Part shown: one piece after another, positions 55,267 through 64,000 of the stretch
Layout of the letters: each line of letters begins with the position of its first letter
How positions within the stretch are numbered: the stretch's first letter is position 1
Assembly: GCA_951406725.2 (NCBI GenBank)
Contig: OX597823.1
Location: 92,690,001-92,754,000, forward strand
Direction: 5' to 3'
DNA from: Octopus vulgaris
Lineage: Eukaryota
Length of the DNA: 64,000 bases
Translations under genes and position numbers: made by a program
Notes under the pieces: generated by a model
Seen by the model: the letters and a program-made list of their open reading frames with translations, nothing else
Database searches by the model: none
Told to the model about the DNA's origin: nothing

Positions 55267-55558
55267 TATATACTTATATACGGAGGCAGGGAACTTACCG
55301 AATAACATGAAATTACATATTTTCTTAATATTTTATACAGAATAATTTTTGTTCCATATAACTCTATAACTAAATCTATCTATTTATCCATTCACCTATA
55401 TCTCTCCTTCTCTCTCTTGAGATATCTATACACATATATATCCTCAGGTATGTGTGTTTGCGTGTGTTAACACTTAATATACATACGTACACAGATGCAC
55501 ACACATGTATACGCACACACACAAACACGCAGACACGCACAGACATGGGCACACACGC

Positions 55559-55599
<41 letters not shown>

Positions 55600-56212
55600 C
55601 ATACATACATTTATAGATAGACAGACAGACAGACAGTCAGACAGATAGATAGATAGATAGATACACAGACATTTATATACATTTACCTTCTTTTTCCCCT
55701 TTGTGAATACAACAGATTCTGCTTTGTTAGCATATTTCTAATTCCGTAAAATAAATAAGAATTCAAGTACTTCGATCAATGTATCGAGTGTTGCTTCTTT
55801 CTAAATTATCTGCTGTGGTGAAAATGTAAGAAATCGATTTTAAAGCAGTTTGAAGCAGAAACACAAATGTAAAACCAATACTCTTCCTGAATCATATATT
55901 GACTCCAATAACACACGTATTAATATAAATTGATATGAAATACTTTTGTCAAATCACAGCTATATCATCTGACATCTAATCTTCACAGGAAAACGTGTTG
56001 TCTGAAAAATCTGCAGGGACGTTATAGAACTGAAGAATCTTTGTAACATCATATTTTACTTGAATTATGCCGTATAGCTTCCCCCCTTGTCAGGTCCAAT
56101 ATTCAGTTTACCTAAGCGCCTACTGCTGACAGAAATATTTAATCTTATATATGCATATATCTACATATACACATGCACACACACACATATACACACACAC
56201 ATACATATATAT

Positions 56213-56243
<31 letters not shown>

Positions 56244-56326
56244 TATATATATATATATTTATATTATATATATTTATAAATGCATATATATGTTTGTATT
56301 TATATTAAATTAAATATATACATATA

Positions 56327-56374
<48 letters not shown>

Positions 56375-56514
56375 TTTGTGTTTATATTTGTATTAGATTT
56401 AAATATATATATATATAAATATATATATATGTATATGTATATATATATAGATATATAAATATATATATATATATAAATATATACGCGAGAATGAAGCAAC
56501 AAGAATGGATAGGT

Positions 56515-56605
56515 TTTTAGTACAATCGTTTCATACAAGGACAGGTTTTATTAAAAGTTGCAAATATAACAGCATATAAACGTGTCCCGTACTCATCAGC
56601 TAAAA
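56515..56605 (-). ncRNA. Type I hammerhead ribozyme in the PLE pseudo-LTR
   Basis: Minus: ttttag-CTGATGA-gtacgggaca(~39-nt loop)tgtccttgtat-GAAA-c(gatt)g-TA-ctaaaa. Confidence 0.8.
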
Positions 56606-58084
56606 TACATGTGAGTTCTCTAGACATCCTAGTGGTTGAGGCTATACTCATGAAGTAATGTAGATAATTAAGTAACATAAACAGATTTCAAAAGTTCATT
56701 AAAGTTCTTTAAAGATGATGTACAGTCTTAACACAGAATTTTAAAAAAGTCTTAATAGCATCACAGAGAAGGTGACCTAATCCATATTGCACATATGAAT
56801 TTCCAGGGATATGATGAGGGATTACATACTCACAGAAGACAAATTTATCCATTGTTAATTACAACGAGGTGGGTTTCAATTCCTGCTTATTAGCATTACA
56901 GAGAGGGTGAATTAATCCTTTGTATAGATGCACAATTTCCAATGGTGTAGATGTAAATTTCCAAGGAATTTCATATTCACAGGCGATAAATTTATCAATG
57001 GTTGAACACAATGAGGTAGGTATCAATTCTTGCTATATGATTAGGTATTTGCCACATTAATCACATTACTGCTATTTACAAGAGGCTGTAGCTATTTAAC
57101 TTTTAAAGGCTGAAGGGCTTTCTAGAGCTATATAGAATAGAAAAGGGAAGGGCATAGAAGAAAAGAGAGAAAATAAAGGAGGAGGGAGCAAAAAGGGGGG
57201 GGGGGACTCAAAGAGAAGAGAAAAGGAAAAAGAGAATAAGAAGAAGAAAAAGAAAAAGAGAAAAGAGAAAGAAATAGGGAAGGAAGGGAAAAAAGAAAAA
57301 AAAAGAAAAAAGAAGAAGAAAGAAGAAAGAAAAAGAAAAAAAGAAGGTTCTAGTTATACAGAAGAATTAGTAGACGGCAAGTCTGGTTTTAATTTACAGG
57401 GATCTAGGAATTAGAGGAGAATATTATTCTTTGACCAGTTAAAACAGCTAATTTATTGCTGTTGAAATCAGCTATGAATTTAAAGAGAATCTAAAGAGAT
57501 AACACAGTTAGGGGTTTAGGGGTTAGATGCTAAAATCACCAGAAAATACATTAGGAAAAACTAGGTATAATCTTATCAAAAAGACATTAAAATTTACTTA
57601 TTTAATTTATTCATTTTATTGTCTTAAGGAGTTGCCGTTATTATTCATACATTGACGGACTACAGGTCAAATCTTAGAAGATCATTTAAAAGTTGTTAGG
57701 GGATTGTCTATCATAATGAAGATAATCATATTATCACCGAGGGAATAGCCTTATTTATTTAATTTTGAAATAGAATTATGGGTCTATAGTAACTCATTTT
57801 AATTAATTAGAGTTATGCTAATTAAATTAGATTAAGTTAGGAATTAAAATTAAAAATTACAATTAAGATTTAAAATTAAGAATTTAAAAATTGTGAGTTT
57901 GAAATTAAATAAAGCCTCAATTAAGCAGCGAATAAGTGCTATTCATTTCCCTGTTCTCAAAAAACTGATGTAGATATAAGGAAAAAGATAACTGTAGTGT
58001 GAGAACTCTTAGTTATCTACTTAAAGCAGTGCTATACCAGTAGAAATCAAGTTATATCTATCTATCTAGTTACGAGTATTCTAA

Positions 58085-59195
58085 TCATTTAAAATATTTT
58101 AAAGTCTTCAATTTAGCGTGGACACAAACTTGACCTAGTTCGATATGGTTATTCAATAGGTTTCTATGTTTTCTATGCTTTAGAATTTCATATGTCTCCA
58201 TGGAGCATAGTTGGCAACCAACCCTACTATTTTTATACGGAATTGCTCTCCTAACTATTTCCCAATTAAGGTTATAATTTTTATTATTATTTTTGAGTTC
58301 CCAGATTTTGTTTGAAAGTGTGGTGGTACCAGCTTTATGACGTAATTTAAAAGTCGAGATGTGATTTCTAACTCTGGCTAAAAAATTAATTGTACATCCA
58401 ATGTAATAATATTTGTTATTCTCCGTGGATATGGTACATTTATAGATTACATTATTTTCCCCACACAGACCAGGTGCCGGGCATTTTGATTTTATTCTAC
58501 ACTTACACACAGGAGGAACATCTTCAGGCTTTGGATTATTCTTGGGTAGATGTTTTAGGTTCCTATTATTTTGATTATCATTTCTATAGTTGGTGCTGAT
58601 ATCTAAAGTATTGCTATTATTTCTTGATCCTTCTGTTTCATCATTTAGATCTAAAGTCCTACCATGATTTCTTATATTATTGGTAATGTTAATATTATTG
58701 CTAGTCTTTTTATCCGACTGCATATTGTTGTTATAGATATCACTAATATTTTCATTCTCCTTATTTTCTCTATTATCCCTATTTCTATTATTTCTATTAT
58801 TAACATTATTACTTCTATTAATATCGGCATTGCTATTATTACTATTAATGTTAATGTTATTAGTCATTCTGTGGCTACTAATTTCACCTATGTTTTGATA
58901 GTTACTATTGCTGTTTTTATTGTTGGTAGTATTATTACAATTGCTATTGGTATTCATGCTGATATTATTATTTTTATTTCTATCTTTCCTGGCTAGTTTA
59001 ATGTTGTTATTATTAATCTTAGCTATTAAAGTGGACATATTTGGGAGGGTTGAATAAGAAATCCTAACTGTTTTCCTAGAAATAATTCTATGATATCTAT
59101 GAGAGATAGGGAAATTTTTTTCCAGAATCACTTTGAACTTGTTCTGTATATCCGATTGTATCGCACAGTTGAAAGGAATATTCAGCCATAATATA
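58085..59195 (-). CDS. PLE ORF C-terminal part: linker, Asn-rich insert, CxCx5C knuckle and GIY-YIG endonuclease (frameshifted from the upstream RT part)
   Basis: WLNIPFN...FPISHRYHRIISRKTVRISYSTLPNM; CKCRIKSKCP...NVIYKC...YYIGCT..F.AR..NH...CQLC..E...LLN...C.H. Confidence 0.85.
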
Positions 59196-59740
59196 TTTTT
59201 TTATTAAATTTAGGGTTCGTAGAATTATTACTATTCATCTCACCGGAGTTATTGTATTTATTACCATTATTTTTATTTTTATTTGTGTGCATCTTAGGTT
59301 TATCTACTTCAATATTATCCGAGTTACCTATGTTCTGGTCAATGTTTCTATTTGAATTGTTGGGCCTGTACGCTAGATTAGCGTTTACCGTTAGTTTAAT
59401 TCTACTTTTATTTCGGGCTTGGTCTTTATTGCTGCTTACGTGATTATTGATAACTTCATTATTAGGAATACGTGAGTTCCCCTTATCAACGAATGTAATC
59501 TTTTGGTTGTATCCGGCCTTAGTTAACGCCGCATTATAATGCTCAGAATGGGAGTTAAAAATATCCTTATTGGATGATAATTTTGAAATTCTTAATGAAA
59601 TATTTCTTACTAAAGATTCTATAATATTTGGGGGATGATTTGATAATTTATTTACGTAATTCGTGATTTCACCTTCCTTTCTAAATGGGTAATGTAGCTT
59701 GGAGTTAAGGTCTAGCGTAATATCTAGGAAATTAACTAAC
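59182..59740 (-). CDS. PLE reverse transcriptase C-terminus (motif 7 and thumb), 5'-truncated
   Basis: VNFLDITLDL...YPFRK...YVNKLSNHPPNI...ISLRISKLSS...YNAALTKAGYN; the listed N-terminal MQKLQH... derives from the inverted pseudo-LTR. Confidence 0.85.
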
Positions 59741-59968
59741 TGAGTACGGGACACGTTTATATGCTGTAATTTTTGCAACTTTTAATAAAACCTGTCCTTG
59801 TATGAAACGATTGTACTAAAAACCTATCCATTCTTGTTGCTTCATTCTCGCTTATAATCACCCCACATTACTGTATTGTTAAATCAGTATAGTTTTTTTT
59901 GGTGCATCTAAGTTAGGTACCATATTCAAGTAAATTCATTTAAATTAACTTGAATCTTTATCGCTTTT

Positions 59969-60075
<107 letters not shown>

Positions 60076-62139
60076 ATCACATCACAGTTAAAATAAGTGT
60101 TTTCTTTTAATCCTCATTCAATATTTTATTAAAATTTGAATTCCTATAATCCTTAATAATATGGCGTTTGCCTGTCAAGGATAACATCGCACATCAAATC
60201 TAAAATACTTATTTTACCACAACTTATTCCTTTTGCTATCAGAATAATTTGTCAAGTGTTAACAACAACTACGCTGTATAATATATCTGTGCTAATCTCT
60301 ATACAGCGTTAATACAACGAAGTAATATGCTGATACATGTTGGCAGGCCTTTCGAAATACTCGTTAAAGCAAATAACATTTAGATATTGCATTAAAACAT
60401 TAAAGCTCTCTACAGGTTAGTAGCCTCGTGGTTAAGCCGTTGCATTCACAACTGGACGATCAGCTTTCGATTTCCAGATTATTGAATGCGTTGTGATATT
60501 GAGAAAAGCAGTTCATTTCACGTTGTCCAAGATATCTTAGCCTTAAATGAGTAGATTTGCAACGGGTTTGCTTCTCGTTCACGTTGTATGTTTGCTTGTG
60601 TCTGTAACATATATGCCATAAAAACTGGATAACCGGTCCTGTGCGTTGTAAAACAGGAGTGTGAATATACTTTTCTTAAGGCCTTCAGTCACTAGAAATG
60701 ACCATAAAATATAATAAATCATGCTTCGATACGTTTTCAAGAGTATTCCAAACAATGGACACTCTTGTTTTGTTTATTTCACATATGTTTGATAACCATC
60801 CTCGATCTGATCCTAAGCACGACGCTCATATAAACGCCTGTACACATGCACTTGAATTTTCTTTAATCAGATTTGATATTCTTCATTCTTTCCTATTATT
60901 TGAGTATGGAATAAATCTCTATAATTTAATATACCTTGAGAATTCCGTTTCCATTCTTTACATGTCTGCTTATTTTGTAATTCTAAATATAATCATAAAT
61001 ATTTTAAGTTCTAATCTTGCCATAAAAAAATGAATTTTCTGCGTTCTTTACATCTTTAATCTCTCATATTTACATTTCTTTCATCGGTCTCAGAAACCTA
61101 AAGTAAATTCAATTTATCAGATTAGCTGTGTATACGCAAACAATAAAATTGAATGTAAGGAATTATTAATTAAATAATTTTAAAAACGAAGAAAGGGAAA
61201 AACTTATGACATTAGAAGTTATTTTGCATTCAACATTTCTTAACAACATTTCTTAACATTTGAGATTTTGAAAATACGTACACATGTATGCATCATACAC
61301 ACACGCACGCACAGATACACGTGCAAAGATCAGCCAATCATATATATATTAATGTTGTGGTCATGCTGGGGCAGCACTGTTGGGTATGCTCCACCATTAT
61401 TTGAAACCTCCTCTGATATGTGGCATTTGGCGTGAAATACAGGTTCAACGGAAACAGGAAGAAGGAATGAGAGAAAGTTGTGTTAAAAGAGTAAAGCAGG
61501 GTTTGCCACCATCCCCTGCTGGAACCTCGTGGAGCTCTAGGTGTTTTCGTTCAATAAACACTCACAACACCCAGTCTGAGAATCGAAACTGCGATCCTAT
61601 GACTACGAGGTAGCTGTCCTAAGAACTAAATGAACAAGTCAGCTCTAACAGAAAAAACAAAAACAACATCAACATCTGCAGTAACAATAGAAACAGGTTT
61701 TATTCGTAACACATTTGAAAATCTGCAGCAAGTAATACTGGTGTAGCGTTGTGTGGGTTTCGTTGGAGATAAAAATGCATGAATTAGTTTTGGGAATTCG
61801 ATGTATTTGTTTATTTGAGGTCGGTTATATAAGCTGCCTTAGATGTTGATTTGTATCTTATGAAAAAGTTTGAGAGTTATATGATTTCAATATTTAGAAG
61901 AATAAACAGAAAATGACGACAGATATACACAGAAAAATATTTCCTGTCACATTTTGAAATGCATTAAGATCTTTAATTTTTTTTTAAATATACGAATTTG
62001 TGTCTTTGATAAAGAATGGTCATATGCAAAGTGAAGAGAATCAGAAAATACGGTATCAACTATTTTCTACGGACAGCTAACGTTATGGAATTTTCAAAAT
62101 CTGAGTGAAATAATGAAAAATACATCTATGCAGATCTAC

Positions 62140-62924
62140 GGATCTTTTCTTTTTGAACGGTAGTTTGTAACATAATTTCTAGGTAACTAAAGAGTTTTAA
62201 ACTTCGTATACTGGTAGAATGTGTTTATAAAACATCATTTTCTCTTGGTTTTATTGAGAAAATTCTATGGTTTGTAAGATATTTCGTCTGAAAATCAGAG
62301 CATTTCGGCAATTTTAGCCAATCGATTACCTACGTTGAACTAAAATCATTTGCTGCGTCTAAAACTGAGACAACATCTTGTAACTAACCCTAAACCTCCC
62401 CTAACCCTAACCCTAACCCTAATTTTTTTTTCTTACTTGTTAAATTAATTTAATTGTTACGCGTGTAAAAAAAACTAAAGCAATGGAAAATAATTTAAAC
62501 AATTAACAAACAAAATAATTCTATAATTTTATACACACGCTATAAAATTATAGAATTATTTTGTTTGTTAATTGTTTAAATTATTTTCCATTGCTTTAGT
62601 TTTTTTTACACGCGTAACAATTAAATTAATTTAACAATTAAGAAAAAAAAATAGGGTTAATGTTAAGGTTAGGGTTAGGGGCAGGTTTAGGGTTAGTTAA
62701 AGGATGTTGTCTCAGTTTTAGACGCAGCAAATGATTTTAGCTCAAAAGAGAACATAGGACTGGTTAAAATTCGAAAAATTAAACTACGTTAAACAAACAA
62801 ATTACAATTTTCTCAAGAAAGCCAAGAGAAAAAAATGTTTTATTTTGACACATTCTACCAGTATACGAAGTTTTAAAGTGTTTAGTTAACTAGAAATTGT
62901 CTGCCGTTCAAAAGGAAAAGATCC
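62140..62924. mobile_element. Foldback MITE with GGATC TIRs, 8-bp TSD and inverted internal telomere-type repeats
   Basis: TSD agatctac at 62132-62139 and 62925-62932; (CCCTAA)n at ~62385-62422 and (TTAGGG)n at ~62652-62697; palindrome centred near 62537. Confidence 0.9.
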
Positions 62925-63540
62925 AGATCTACAACACCTACCAGTAAAATTCCCTTGAAGTACAACATTTCTTGAAAATCATGAAACATAGGGCAATATT
63001 TTATTAGTTAAAAAAATAGTGCTACACATTCGGTCATTGGTCTCTACATAATCAGAGCTTACTTGAAGCTTCACAAATCCAGACAGGTCTTGCTACACGA
63101 ATGCGTTGACGGTGAGACTTGCAATATTGATTCAGTAAATAGTCATGTTTAGATATTAGGGAGAAAAAAAACCCCCTAAAACAGCAAATATTCCTCACGT
63201 TGACCCAAAAACCTATAATGTTACATAGAACAGAGATATTGATAAGTGATTATTATTATTTTGTAATAAAATATATAATAGTGATGCAGTAGAAACAGCA
63301 TTATGCTGAGAATGGAAACAATAACATCGATTCGATCCAATGTTGGCTAACCTTATCCAGTATGACGGATCAGTCAGGTTCAACATTTTCTTTTATTCGC
63401 TTCCGTCATCCGACGCCGGCCATTCATTGATACCCTTGAAAATCGCGTTTGTTCTTTGTAGACTGAAAATATATTATCCCCCCCATATTACTTGTATTTC
63501 ATTTAAAGAAATCAGTTATGGATAAAATTTGTCCATAATA

Positions 63541-63696
63541 GGCGTAGGGGTGGCTGTATGGTACGTAACCTGCTTACCAACCACCTGGTTCTGGGTTCAG
63601 TCCCACTGCGTGGCACCTTGGGCAAGTGTCTTCTACTATAGCCTCGGGCCGACCAAAGCCTTGTGAGTAGACGGAAATTGAAAGAATCCTGTCGTA

Positions 63697-63753
<57 letters not shown>

Positions 63754-64000
63754 TAAATTAGAGGTAAAACCACTATTAGGCAAATCAAACAGTGAAAAAC
63801 ATAAACCAAAACATAGAAAAAAATAATTCATATAATATACAAAATATATGAAATATATATAAATATATATATATGTGTGTATGTGTGTATGTATATGTAT
63901 GTGTGTGTATACTTTTGTGTCTGTGTTTGTTCCCCCGACATCGCTTAACAACCGATGCTGGTGTGTTTACGTCCCTGTAACTTAACGGTTTCTCATAATA
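63541..64000 (+). mobile_element. SINE family A (interrupted)
   Basis: ggcgtaggggtggctgtatggta...gggccgaccaaagccttgtgagt; tail tgtttgttcccccgacatcgcttaacaaccgatgctgg. Confidence 0.85.

Noticed and set aside
62385-62697. True telomere or chromosome fusion site
   Set aside because: The tracts are short, degenerate and inside a TSD-bounded MITE; polarity is opposite to a head-to-head fusion

Overview
AT-rich, repeat-saturated eukaryotic DNA, most likely intronic or intergenic sequence of an octopus or related cephalopod. That assignment is inferred from the recurring SINE families and the very dense (TA)n, (CA)n, (TAA)n and (CAT)n microsatellites. I cannot support any host protein-coding gene, and almost all listed ORFs are microsatellite translations. 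The real coding traces are transposon-derived: a 5'-truncated Penelope-like element (PLE; RT thumb plus GIY-YIG endonuclease, 56485-59970, minus), restriction-like-endonuclease (RLE) LINE 3' fragments, RTE fragments and a FLYWCH/MULE fragment. There are also two non-autonomous Helitrons and two related GGATC-ended MITEs with 8-bp target-site duplications (TSDs) and internal TTAGGG repeats. The main discovery is a network of type I hammerhead ribozymes (HHRs). A young 353-bp tandem array (32979-34089) carries a minimal HHR in every unit (two intact copies, one mutated) and ends in an inverted partial copy, so it looks like a retrozyme or non-autonomous PLE. The PLE pseudo-LTR holds a second HHR with a long stem II. 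About five other dispersed repeat types next to TA or TAA microsatellites carry HHR cores, including a CUGUNGA core variant. All motifs were read by eye; nothing was computed.
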